Part shown: positions 11,893-24,046 of the stretch, one piece after another
How positions within the stretch are numbered: position 1 is the first letter of the stretch
How the letters are laid out: the number at the start of each line of letters is the position of its first letter
Assembly (NCBI RefSeq): GCF_000143415.4
Contig: NW_003314314.1
Span: 997,771 to 1,061,770 of the forward strand
Length of the DNA: 64,000 nt
From: Selaginella moellendorffii
Lineage: Eukaryota; Plantae; Lycopodiophyta
Direction: 5' to 3'
The notes under the pieces: generated by a model
Databases searched by the model: none
Told to the model about the DNA's origin: nothing
Seen by the model: the letters and a program-made list of their open reading frames with translations, nothing else
Made by a program: the position numbers and the translations under genes

Positions 11893-13065
11893 GGTACACT
11901 AGAGTTTCTAGACGACGATCAGTACACGAACTTGGAGTCGGCTCTGCTCGCTCTGGGATGCCGGGAGTGCGTTCTTCCTGCGGAAAATGCCAAGAGCGTC
12001 GACGGTCGGGAATCCGAGACGTGCTGGCTCGATGCAACGTGCGACTGACTGAGAAGAAGAAGGCGGAGTTTAAGTCCCGAGACATCGAGCAAGATCTAAG
12101 CCGGCTTATCAAGAGTACATCGGTTGAGGAGCTCCGAGAACTCGTAAGTTGCGTCAGCGGCATTAGCAGCTCTACTTGCATACACGGATATCTTCACAGA
12201 CGACAGCAATCACGGGAAGTATAGGCTTCAGCAGTACAGCCTCGACACATACATGCGGCTGGACGCGGCCGCATTGCGAGCGCTGCACGTACTCGAGTCC
12301 AAGAATGATCCGAACAAGAACCCTCTTTGGATTAATGAATCGCACGTCCACTGCTGGGATGGGCAAGAGGCTACTGAACAGGTGGCTGAAGCAGCCTCTA
12401 CTTGACGTTGATGAGATCAAGCACAGGCATGACGTCGTCCAGATGTTTGTAGAAGACTCCGAGCTGCGGGAAAGTTTAAAGAACTGCCTCAAACGTGTGC
12501 CGGATGTTGAGCGCCTGACACGGAAGCTCGAGAGGTCGAGAGCTACGTTGCAAGACCTCGTGAAGCTTTATCAGGTTCGTAGTTACTGAACACCTTGCTT
12601 ACTGTAAATGGTCTGATCATTGGTATACAGGTAAGTGTTCGTCTCTCCGTCGTCAAAGATGCTCTTGAACGTTATGAAGGCGAGCTTGCGTCCGCCATCG
12701 AGGAACGGTACGTCGTTCCGTTGAGAGAGTGGACGCTTGCTGAACATCCCGGAAGATACGACGCACTGATCGAAAGCGCATCGACCTGGATCAAATCAAG
12801 AATGGCGAGTACATCATTTCGGCATCATATGACAGCAGCTTAAAAACCATCAAAGCTGACCGTGATGCTGTGGAGGAAGAGATCCGTGAAGCTCATGAAC
12901 AAGCCGCGAACGATTTGGATCTTCCTGCTGATAAGTCGCTGAAGCTGGACAAAACGATGGGGGCACGTATTCAGGAGCACGAAGAAGGAGGAGCCTAAAG
13001 TTCGCAAGAAACTAGCGGTGCGATAAAGTTCACAACTTCCAAGCTTCGAAGGCTTAGCGAAAGAT
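11893..13065 (+). pseudogene. MSH2: MSH2 N-terminal/central fragment (connector, core and clamp domains) with a retained intron
   Basis: EFLDDDQYTNLESALLALGCREC, YMRLDAAALRAL, LFGLMNRT.TAGMGKRLLNRWLKQPLLD, LQDLVKLYQ|intron 12574-12630|, IKNGEYIISASYD, KKEEPKVRKKL; several frameshifts. Confidence 0.93.
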
Positions 13066-13188
13066 AATGTCGGATATCCTGTACAAATTTTGACTTCACT
13101 ATTTAACATTGAATGGAGGTTAACGAAAAAACTTTGCCAGCGCTATACAAAAGGAGGGGCTTCAACGATTGAGGGGCAGAAAGTAGCA

Positions 13189-14740
13189 ATGTTTTGGGCA
13201 GTCACGCTCTTCCTCTTCTCAGCTTTCATTCTCAGGCAATGGCTCTCCAGCATATCTCTCAATCTTCCACCAGGTCCCAGAGGATTACCTCTCATCGGCC
13301 ACTTCCATCTCCTGGCCATGGGCAAGCTGCCACACATCGCACTCCAGCAGCTCTCCAAGAGATTTGGACCCCTCTTTCACTTGCGCCTGGGATCTGTCCC
13401 TGTGTTCGTGGTCTCCAGTCCAGCGATGGCCAAGGAGTTTCTCAAGATCCACGACACGGAATTCGCCTATAGGCCTCGTAACAACACAGCCTCCATAATC
13501 TTTGACTTCAGGAGCATGTCTTTCTCGCCGTATGGAGACTACTGGAAGAAGCTGAGGAAGCTCTGTGCCACGGAGCTATTCACGGCCAAGAGGGTGAGTT
13601 TGAACGCGCAGATCATCCGGGACGAGCTGTGGGATCTCAGTCGCGAGCTCTCGAGGGCTTCCAAAGCTGGCCAAGTTGTGGGCGTGAGATCACATTTGAG
13701 GGCGCTGAGCTTCAATGTCATGACTCGTATCCTTATGAAGAAGACTTATTTTGGGTCCAAGGCGTCTGGTGATCCCGCGATTGCGGAAGACGCCTCGAAT
13801 TTCATTGGGATGATTGATGAGTTTCTTGAGGTGGGAGCTGAGTTTTCGATCACTGACTATTTCCCCTACTTAAGCTGGCTCGACTTGGTTGCCCGCCGCG
13901 CAAAGGTGGCTGGGGATAAGATGAATGGCTTCTTGCAAAAGGTTTTGGACGAGCAGCGCCCTGGTGAGGTTCCCGATTTCGTGGAGATCACAAGGTCTCA
14001 CATTGGAAACGATGCGGCCAATCTCAAAGCTCTGCTCATGGTAAGTTGCAAACCTAGTAGTTTTTATTTAGTTTTTATTTACTTGATTATTTTGATAGGA
14101 TCTACTGCTGGGTGGATCTGAAACATCATCAACAGTGATCGAGTGGGCTCTGGCGGAACTTCTTCACCACCCAGATTGGATGATTAAAGCTCAGCAAGAG
14201 ATTGAGAACGTTGTCGGACACACACGCATGGTCGAAGAAGCAGACATATCCAAGCTCGAGGTTTTGAATGCCATCATCAAGGAAAGCTTTCGTCTCCATC
14301 CTCCCGTTTCTTTGCTCATACCACACGCATCGGTCGAGGCTCAGAATGTTGCAGGCTATGACATCCCCAAGAATGCAACGCTTATTGTGAATGTCTACGC
14401 AATTGGCAGAGACCCTCAAGTTTGGAGTGATCCTCTGGAGTTCCAGCCCCAGCGATTCATTGGCAGCAGCATCGGTGTCAATGGCCAAGACTTTGAGCTG
14501 CTTCCATTCGGATCTGGAAAGAGGTCTTGCCCCGGGCTTCTTCTGGGTATTAGAAACGTCCAGCTCGTTCTTTCCAATCTTCTACATGGATTCGAGTGGA
14601 AATTTCCTGGAAGCCCAAAAGATCAGCCTATGGATGAAGCTACAGCAGTCGTAAACTACATGGCACACACTCTCAAAGCCAGGATCACTCCCAGACTCAA
14701 CGAAAGTGCTTACACCACTCTCAAGTTGACTCAGGAATAG
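13189..14740 (+). CDS. Cytochrome P450, CYP71 clan (A-type), intact copy 2, ~497 aa; exons 13189-14040 and 14099-14740
   Basis: Same motifs as copy 1 (GGSETS, ESFR, PQRF, FGSGKRSCPG); 58-bp GT-AG intron at the identical position; open frame. Confidence 0.95.
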
Positions 14741-16509
14741 AAAAAATAAAAAATGTCCAACATGCTTTTTGATCCACAGAGTAAAACTTTACTAGCATAG
14801 TGTTTACCGTTCATGTGTGCCTGCATGGGACCTAATTTACCTCACTCTCATTCTTAATGATCCGGGCAATAGGTAAACAAGGTGAGAAATTAATACAAAG
14901 ATGGATAAAACACACAAAGTTTGGAGATTCATGTTTGATTTCTGTTGGTTCCGACACTTGTCCCTTCTTCACTGTTCAACAAGCTAGTTTTGGTTTACAA
15001 GTTTATAAAGAAACTAGACAGCAAATGCTAGGTGGCTGGCAAAGGTTATAGTTAATAAAATCCCAGCAAAGCCAACTGTTATATTATCACCACCCAACCA
15101 TGTTAAAAAGTGGCTGTAACTCTTTGTTATGTTTTCTTTCTACACTGGATTCTGTGCAATTGAAAAGAATTTAAAGGAAAAACTCCCACAGCTCAACACC
15201 CTCTTCCCTCTCGTCAAGGCTACTTGATTGTTAATGTCTAGAGTTTCACTATATAAACATGTAACTGTGTTATAGAGCTTTGTAACTCCTAGATTCCAGA
15301 GATTTATTCTTTCTTCTTTTAAATTTTAGTTCCTCTCTCAACTAACATAAATGTCAAATATCTATAGCTAGCACACCCAGAGTTCACCTGTAAATAAGTG
15401 GGAAGTTAAAGCACATTCATTGCAAGAGCTTGGCGATGGGCACTGTTTTTTGGAGGAGAAATATGCACACTGAGCTGTGTGTTATGCATTAGATAACGAT
15501 GTCTGCATGATCATTAGCAGATGATCGGTGGAAATGCGCTGGGGAAAGGTCACAATCCAAGCTTCTTCTGCTCTTGTAAAGGTGAAAGAACAGAAAAATT
15601 AAAAAAATCAATGGTTCTAATCATCAAACACGGCCATCCCCTGTTTGTGGGAAAGAATAGTCTCCAGTAAGCTTTAGGTTGCAATCCCACGTCCTAGTGT
15701 GTCCAGGATGCCCAAACGTCTTTGCAAAATAAAAATGTATTTACACTGCTTTCAGTAAAGAACTTGTGTGGGATTGCCACACAATAAACTTAACAGCATT
15801 TGTTCCTCTAGGAATTCATCCCATTTGAAGAAATTACATAAAATGTAGGGAAGAAAAAGGTGGAGAGGACTGGTCTACTGCAGTCTTGCCTTCTGCCTTC
15901 TTTAGGCCATGGCGAGCCTCTGGTTAAATCTGTCCCCAGCTGAGATGGACGTTTGCAAATTCTAGCTCCTTTTGGTTGCAAGATACTTCTGGAAAAAAGG
16001 GACCAGGGGGGGGGGGGGGGGGGGTTGGTTTGTTAATACATCTTTTGCATATAAATTATGGAGTATTGACCCACTATATAGTAGAAAAACTACATAATTT
16101 TACTTACTACCTCTTCCATGTTATTTTTCTTGCAAGTCCAAGATCCTTGCCAAGACTCCTTTTCATCATTATCACATTGAACCTCCATTTGGATGTGAGG
16201 GGCCTTCAACTCATATTGTGGATTCCCCTCCATATCACATAAAGGAGGAACCTCATTTTGATATGGAACCTCCTCATGAGAACCTTCTACTTTGTCACTT
16301 TCAACCAAGGCCCCTCCATTTAGTGTGGAGGAGGAACCTCATCCTCATATAGGGCCTCCTCATGGAACAAGGTTCCTTCTCCAAGGTGGAGGTAACTTAG
16401 GTTAGAAGTGATGTGATGGAGGATCATAGGGTTTTTTTGCAAAGAGCTTCTATATGATATCAGGTTACCTCCACCACCTTCATCTTACATGGAGAAGAAA
16501 CCTCCCATC

Positions 16510-16720
16510 TTGGTGTTTGCACCACCTCATTGCTTGGAGGCACCACCTCTTTCTCCTCCATCTCCATTATACATAGTGTTTGCACCACCTCATTGCTTGG
16601 AGGCACCACCTCCATCTCCATTATGCATAGGGTTTACACCCCTTTATTGCTTGGAGGCAGTACCTTATCTATTTTGGAGACTGCATCCACATCCTTGTTT
16701 GGAAGCTTTATTTTTTCATG
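16510..16720. repeat. Degenerate tandem repeat (TTTGCACCACCTCATTGCTTGGAGGCACCACCT core, 3-4 units of ~55-63 bp)
   Basis: Core visible at ~16516, ~16579 and ~16633, with a partial copy at ~16690. Confidence 0.8.
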
Positions 16721-17635
16721 TGATGGCTCCTTGTATAGAGATTTATCATAACTGTATTTGTGTTGTGTCTTGAGTTGAGTGTAAACTTAGTCATTATTAC
16801 TTAAACTCAAGAACATTTAACTCTAAGTATCCCAAAACTCTTAACCAATCATTCTCTTTAATTAATTGCATTGGGTAAAGCCATAACAAGAGTCACATAA
16901 ACTTCTTGAAGTTGCTAGACAAAGGCAAGAATGACTTGTTGCAAAGAGATTAAAATTTAATATTAAAATTTGAAAATAAAAATCATAAATAATTAATGTC
17001 CCACACTACAGGATAAATATGCCACTTGGCACATCTTTTGGCACATCTAAATCATTTGGTTTCACCTGTTACTTATATCCCCTTGTTTATTTTCATGAGA
17101 GCATCATCTAGCATGGTTAGATGTCACTCTATTCTACTACTGTTGTTTGTATCCCTTTTTCCAACTCATGAAAACTAATGGCATTGTTAGTAGTGGAGGA
17201 GTTACATTATGCATACTCCATAGATGAATTCTCTTCACCCACCTCAATGTAGTGAGAATGTTTCTCAATACAACAAAAATGAAAGACAAATTATAAATAA
17301 ATTAAAATGTAAAATATCTCACTTATATCATTACAATTGACAAGAACAACATGTTTGTTTAGCCCAAATATTACGTGCTCTTAATGTATGTTCATACTTT
17401 GCACAAAAGTAAACAATGAAGAACTTATAATTTATATATGCTTACAAGTATACTAATAACATATGCTCATGAAAATGTGTCAATATGATTTAATGGGCCA
17501 AATCTCCATTTTCCTTCCAAATCTCTATTTTCAAGTGAGGTAACTAGTTATCCACCCGTACTACAGTCCCATTGTGGTGGATACTCATAAGAGGAAGGAT
17601 ATATATATGGATGCTCAATACGTACAATTTTAAAT

Positions 17636-17768
17636 TTAGGGGTAGATATATTTTGTTCAAGGGTATATTATATTTTTTAGTAGCCACTAATAAATGGGAA
17701 TTAGGGTAGGAATATATCTTGTTCAAAGGTATATTATATTTTTTAGTAGCCACTAATAAATGAGAATC
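17636..17768. repeat. Two-copy ~66-bp tandem repeat
   Basis: TTGTTCAA(G/A)GGTATATTATATTTTTTAGTAGCCACTAATAAATG occurs twice in tandem. Confidence 0.85.
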
Positions 17769-19593
17769 GAACTCATGTTATTTGCTTTGATACCACATCT
17801 CTCTCCCTTTAATGTAATTAGAAATAAAATAATTGAACCTTTAGTGACTGTTTTATCCCTATTTATCCATAAGATTTCAAGGATCCACGGTGACAATATA
17901 TTTAAATCTCATCCCATGATTACATGTGTTATATACAATATATAAGAATGGTGTTTACAATTGATTTTTGCCCTTTTACTCTTTGAAACCTATATGCACA
18001 TGAGAAGTTGTGATGGCTACATAAAAAAAAAGAACTACCTTGTTGCAACACCCATGGTATACTACAAGAAAAAACTTGTGCTCTTTACTAGCCTACAATC
18101 AATCTTTATTAATGTCAATTGGTCCTCAATCACTAATTTTAGCTCTTACACATTGCAACACCTATGCCCATGAGAAAAAAACCTTGGTACTAGTGCTGCC
18201 CACAATCAATGACACTTACAAAAACCCTAGCCATATTTGCTATGTGCTGGAGAGAGAAGCCAAGAGTTTGAGAGAAAATAAAGTAAGCAGAAAATGGGTG
18301 GCAAGCAAGAGACAAGTGCCAAGCAAGAAATGGCAAGCAAGAAAATAGCTAGGTATGCCAAAACTAGTGAGAGATATGTGCAGCAATGTCAGTTATGCAA
18401 GCACACCAATGGCAAATATCACAAACTTGTACAATAGATGTCACTCTCACTTTAGGAAAGAGTTAAAGAAGCCTTTGTAATTTTTCACTTTACCTTTCTT
18501 GATGTAGTGGTCTAATGTGGCATTAGTCTTCCCTTCCATGTGTTTAACGCAGGGCATGATGATGTGGTAGAGCCCATCTAAATATATATATCACTTACCA
18601 ATCTCTATAACAATTGAAATATGATGTGAGTATGTTTGCAAACTTTGTAAATAGCAACAATAAAAAAATGTATAAACTCTTCTTCTAGGCCTTAGCAGTA
18701 AAATCACTTTTTAATTAATTAATTAATGCCCTCATTAATATAACCGAGACCTAAATAAAGTGAATGCATTATATTTGCAAAAGTTAAAAATCACTTTTTA
18801 ATTAATTAATATAATTGATAATAATAGTTAATATAACCCAGACAAGTTAAAAATCATTTCTTTTTCTACAAGAAGCATAAGATCAAACTCACATAACCTC
18901 AAATGAGAAGAGCCTTTCCTTTGCCTCAATCCAAAATGTTTTGTTGTTGTTTGAATGGTTTTTTTTAGTAGAAAACAAATTTAACACTTATTTTTATATA
19001 TAAATCATTTGTATCCGCAAACAAACTAGGAAAATAAGATGGAAAGAACTTATAGACTTTTAAGTAGCAGTGATTTATCCATGGCTGAGATCTACTATCT
19101 TATTTCTTGAGCAGCCAGGTAAGGTTTTGGGCAAATGAATGGACATTTGATCACCATTGACAGCAGGTGGAAGTAAGGTTTTGAGCAAATTCACCATTGG
19201 ATAACAGTGGAAACCAGCCTTCTGTTTCAGAACTGTATTTTTCTTTGCGGTGGGAACTTTGCATACACTGGATAAAATTTGAGGCAATCGAGAGGCAGTT
19301 TAGCTACCACCATTACTCGAATGTGCTCTGCAATCACCAGTGATAAGAGAGGAAAAAGTAGTCGCTGCCTGTGCTCCCTTCCTATAGACGCTTAGCATTG
19401 CAAAATAGCTTGACGTGGTGCATGTGAGCCCCAGCCAAGAGAGCCAGCAGCATCTCTCGGTACAAAAGACAGCACTTTGATCCTGCCCGGGAGCAGAAAA
19501 CGCTGCTAGAAGGCAGTTATACATGAGACTTTCGTGTTCTCCCTAGATCACGTACATGCTCATAATAAACTGCTGTGAGGAGCCTTTCAGTCT

Positions 19594-19597
<4 letters not shown>

Positions 19598-19623
<26 letters not shown>
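19598..19623. repeat. (AT)n microsatellite in the 3' UTR/flank of the IPMI gene
   Basis: Perfect TA run; it is short in the duplicate copy near 9901. Confidence 0.9.
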
Positions 19624-19625
<2 letters not shown>

Positions 19626-19655
19626 CGTGCTTCCTTTCACATTTTCTGCAAAAAA

Positions 19656-21879
19656 CTACAAGAAGTCGCGGCAGTCCGAGACAAAGCCCGTGAGAGCCGA
19701 GGCCGCGGCAGTGTATGGAGACGCCAGATAAATCTGCGCTTCTTTGTGGCCCATGCGTCCAGGAAAGTTGCGATTCGTGGTTGAAACACACACCTGAAGG
19801 TTCTCTAAGGCAAGAGGACAAAGGGAGAACTTAAACAACATTACCTTGGGCTCATTCATTCGAGCATAGGTGTCTTTGGGACCCCCCAAGCATGCGGCAC
19901 ACGAGGGAGAAGCGGGAGTGTCGCATCCAGCCTCCTCGAAGATCTGTGCGCACGTTTTCCCGTCTGCCTCGGGGAGTGGCATTGCGTACAAGTCCACCCA
20001 CACCTGTTGATCCATTAGTTTTGGATGAACTAATAGGAAAACGAAAAAAGAATGAATGAACCTTTTGTGTTGCCGGCACGAGGAAGGTTGGAACCTTGAC
20101 TTTTTGGCCCTGCGGAAGTTAAACAAAGAAGGGAAATGTAAGCCGCAGGGCGAAGGTAGATAAAAAGGATCTTTTACTCACGGCTTTGTTGAGGAGCTTG
20201 GCTGCAGCTACAAAGTCTTCCGTCTTGCCTCCCGTGCAGGAGCCAATGTACACTCGGTCGATCTTCACATCTTTGCAGTCCCTGGCTAACGCTCGTTTAT
20301 CCGGAGAATGCGGCTGCACACACACAAAAAAATTATAAACAGACCAAGTGCAAGTGGTCAAGACAATTACAGTTACCTTCGCAACAACTGGTTCAAGCTT
20401 GGATACATCAATTCTATACTCCTGTATAAACCTGCAAAAGTATCAACATGACGCAAGGCATAGCGTTCAATGCTTACGTCGCGCCAGCGTCACTATACAC
20501 GGATTCGAACTCCTTGTCTGTTTTGCCCTGAAGAATCAAGACAGGTCGTCTCCTCGAACAAATAAACTAAAACTTACCTTCAGATAACTATAGGTGACTT
20601 CATCCGCAGGCACAACGCCATTTTTGCCTCCAGCTTCAATCGCCATATTGCACAACGTCATTCTGTCCTCCATCTGCGTGAGTTCCGATCTCGAAATCAG
20701 GTGGACAATCTCGATGAGGTAAGGGGAAAAAAATACTGACCGTCATACGTTCTACAGCTGTTCCAACAAACTCCATTGATTTGTATGTTGCACCGGAAAC
20801 AGTGATCTCTCCAATGATCTGTGTGCCTCAACGCGCATATAAGTACTTCAAGTACAGGGAGCCAGCTCTTGCTAAAAATCGAAACACACCTGCAGTATCA
20901 AATCCTTGGCCAGCAAATATGACGGCATTTCTCCATCAAGAACAAATCTCAATGTTCCGGGCACCTAGACAGTAGCGAAGCTTGTAAGAAGAAACAAAGA
21001 TGCAAAAAGCGCCTACTTGCCTTTAGTAAAATTTTTCCAGTTCCCATGATGAAACCAGCATCGGTGTTTCCTATTCCAGTAGCGAATTGTCCAAACGCTC
21101 CAGCGGTGCAAGTATGCGAGTCAGTTCCAAAAAGAACCTAGAGACAACAACTGAACCATCTCTCACGCAATACAAGACATCAAAGATCAGACTCACCTCG
21201 CCCGGACGGCAGTGACCTTCTTGAGCAAGAGCAACGTGGCAAACACCCTTGTAGTCGGGATTTGCCTGCATCAAATCCGGGTTAGAGCGACAGAATCACA
21301 TACAAACACCGCAAACGTACCCGAAAGTCACCCCTGTCAGTGATATCGTAAAAATACTTGATACTTTGCTCTTTTGAAAAGTCCCGCAAAATATCCACAT
21401 TTCGATTAGCGCGCTCGTCCGCAGTAAAGATGTAGTGATCGGGGATGATCACAATCTTCTCGCGATCCCAAACCTGAGGGCACAGATCTAGAAAAGAGAA
21501 AAATGTGTAGCATACGTACTTTAGCGTTAGCACCGAATTCCTTCTTGAAAATCCCAATGGTCCCAGGCCCGCAAACATCGTGTGTCATGAGAACATCGGC
21601 ATTGACCCACACATTCTCCCCAGGCACCAATTTTGTCTTCTCGGAGGCGCGAGCGAGAATTTTCTCAGTCAGTGTCATTGCGTGCTTCACCTGAGAGAAA
21701 ATCCAGGACGAAATCCACAAACTGTAGCTCGAATGCGGGGAAAAACTTACCGCTCCAGTGGAAGCAGGGGGTCGCTGCTGCTGCGGCGGCGCCATCACTG
21801 CCGAAATGGTGCTGCTGCGCCTGCTCATCGGCCTGGCATTCACGGAGAAATAGGACGAATGCAGCATCGCGCCTTCCAT
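19656..21879 (-). CDS. IIL1: 3-isopropylmalate dehydratase/isomerase large subunit, plastid (aconitase family), multi-exon, apparently intact
   Basis: Ser/Arg-rich transit peptide, [72 protein letters not shown] and [15 protein letters not shown]; canonical short introns. Confidence 0.93.
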
Positions 21880-21886
21880 GATCCAC

Positions 21887-21901
21887 AAACCCTAAACCCT
21901 A
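21887..21901. promoter_or_regulatory. Tandem telo-box (AAACCCTAAACCCTA) just upstream of the IPMI start
   Basis: Exact AAACCCTA motif twice; this is a known plant 5'-region element. Confidence 0.55.
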
Positions 21902-22121
21902 TTTCGAGGCGATTATTCCTCTCAAATTTGACGGCTGAGATAGAGTGACACGTGGATAAGAATCTCCCTAGGAAGATTCTATTTTATCTTTAAACTCGCA
22001 GCGCTCTAGAAGGTTTTATGTTTATGGTCAAAGTCCTCCGGTCATTGTCCTACTTTACACGCACTTTGACCGATCCCGTGACACTCAAAGAAACGTAAAA
22101 TCGAATCGACTTGAGAAGAGG

Positions 22122-23290
22122 ATGATCATCCTGGCACTCGCTGTCGATCCAAACGCTACACAAATCGCTCCTCCACTGAGTGGTTATGATCATGGATTGA
22201 ACCACCCGCTCCAGAGACACCTTCTCGTAGGTATTGAACGATCCATTCATCCAAGGGAAATTGATACGTGTTCTTGGCAGGATTTGCTTGCTTCCTGGCG
22301 GTTTTCACCTTGACAATGATCATCATCTACGCCAGGAAAGAGCTCCACCGGCGGTGTAGCAAAACGCAGCTCGAATTGGGCCAGTCGGCGCGCAAATCCC
22401 TCTCCCAAGTCCGCCAATTCTCCTTCCAGGAGATGGAGCTCGCCACGAACGGATTCTCCGAGAATCGCCGGCTGGGCGATGGTGGATTTGGCACAGTCTA
22501 CGCAGGAACCCTTGGCGGTGGCGGCGACGTCGTCGCGGTGAAGCTCCTCCACCGATCGCCCCAGCAAGCATCGCCCCAGTTCATGGCGGAGATCGACATC
22601 CTCTCGCGATTCAAGCACCCAAATCTCGTCCAGCTCCTGGGCTGCTCTACCGACGGCCAATCCCTCCTCCTCGTCTACGAATTCGTGGGCAATGGCACCC
22701 TCGCCGATCACCTCCACACCAAGAAATCGCGATTGCCGTGGCTCACACGGCTCGCCATCGCCATCGACATCGCCCAGGTCTTGGCATACCTGCACTCCTA
22801 CTCGATCCTCCACCGCGACGTCAAATCCACAAACGTTCTTCTCGACGAGGGCTTCCACGCCAAGCTGGGCGATTTCGGGCTCTCCAAAGCGGCCGCCGCC
22901 GCCGCCGCGGTCGAAGGACACGTGTCAATCGGGGCGCAAGGCACGGCGGGATACCTGGACCCCGAGTACCACCAGTGCTACGCGCTCACGGACAAGAGCG
23001 ACGTCTACAGCTTTGGCGTGCTGCTCATGGAGCTCATCACCGCCAAGCCGGCGGTGGATTTCTCGCGCGAGCGCGTCAATCTCGCGCCCTACGCCGTGGG
23101 GATGCTCCAGGCCGGCGCGTTCGAGCAGATTATCGATCCCCACCTGGAGGCCGCCAGGAATTGCATGGTGAGGGCGATGGCGCTGCGCGTTGCCGAGATC
23201 GCATTCCAGTGCCTGGCCGCGAATCGCGAGGATCGGCCGCGGATGGTTGACGTGGCTGCCGCCCTAATCCATGTCGCGGAAGAACCCTAA
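22122..23290 (+). CDS. Receptor-like Ser/Thr kinase (WAK/LRK10L-like kinase domain) with a very short extracellular segment; exons 22122-22230 and 22281-23290
   Basis: TM helix GFACFLAVFTLTMIIIY, then GDGGFGTVY, VAVK, HRDVKSTN, DFGLSK, GTAGYLDPEY and DVYSFG. A phase-compatible 50-bp intron links to an ATG exon. Confidence 0.88.
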
Positions 23291-24046
23291 TTTCCGATCC
23301 CAAGAATCCTTTTTATTCGTTAAAAATGCGATGTTTGATCGGAGCTGGATAGCTTTCTTTTTGTCCTGTTGCTTTCTAAAGCATACACGTGTGACCATTT
23401 TGCGGCTGGGATTGCGGTTGGAATGTAGCCGTCGGGAGCATATCCGGTAGAATATGCTTGCGAGAGAATGTAGTACATGGCAAGTTTTAGGGTTCTTGGG
23501 CCCCCCAGCGAGATGATTGATCTGGGCGGGGAGGAATTTCTCTGGGCTGGTGTGGAGGCCATGTCGCTCCTTAAATGAGAAACCGCCAGTTGTGAGAACG
23601 AGTGTGGAATGAGGCGGGGCCCCTACGACTGCGTGAGAGATTTCCATTGTTCCTCTAAGGGGTAGTGAAGAATCCAAAGGTTTTAGGAATAAATTTCCTG
23701 CCCAAGAATTTTTCTCATCCTCGCGAGCTGGACGAATGCTGCTATACTGCTGCTGCTGCGAAAGTGTGAGATCGAGATGGCGGATCTTTTTCAGTAAATG
23801 GGGGGATGAAGCCGTGGCGATTTGGCTGCCTGGATCGAGCTGGCTAGGGTAGAATCGCGGGGATTAATCTCGCGGTGGAGTCCCAAGGATATATAGCCTC
23901 GATCGACATCGCAGTAGGCAGTGGAAAGCGCCAATCGATCCTTTCTTCGTCGTCGAAGACTTTCTTCCAGCGCTTCTTTCTCTGCACGAACTCTTTCTTT
24001 TCTTTGCAAAATCTTTCTACCTCATTCAAATCTTTCCTCTTCGGCC

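Larger units (their letters stand above)
15990..18825. mobile_element. AT-rich, CpG-depleted decayed repeat block, probably transposon-derived
   Basis: Almost no CG dinucleotides, a G19 run at 16006-16024, local tandem repeats, a PBS-like TGGTATCAAAGC on the minus strand at 17784-17795, and a GMPKLV/RYVQQCQLCK integrase-zinc-finger-like trace near 18350-18410. Confidence 0.45.

Noticed and set aside
11893-13065. A functional MSH2 gene, or an MSH2-P450 fusion protein via ORF 13090-14121
   Set aside because: Multiple frameshifts, missing N-terminus, and ATPase pieces lie upstream out of order. The 33-codon extension starts at TTG and is not conserved in the other copies.
16510-17768. CRISPR-like or satellite arrays
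   Set aside because: Only 2-4 degenerate contiguous units, no repeat-spacer structure, and a eukaryotic context.
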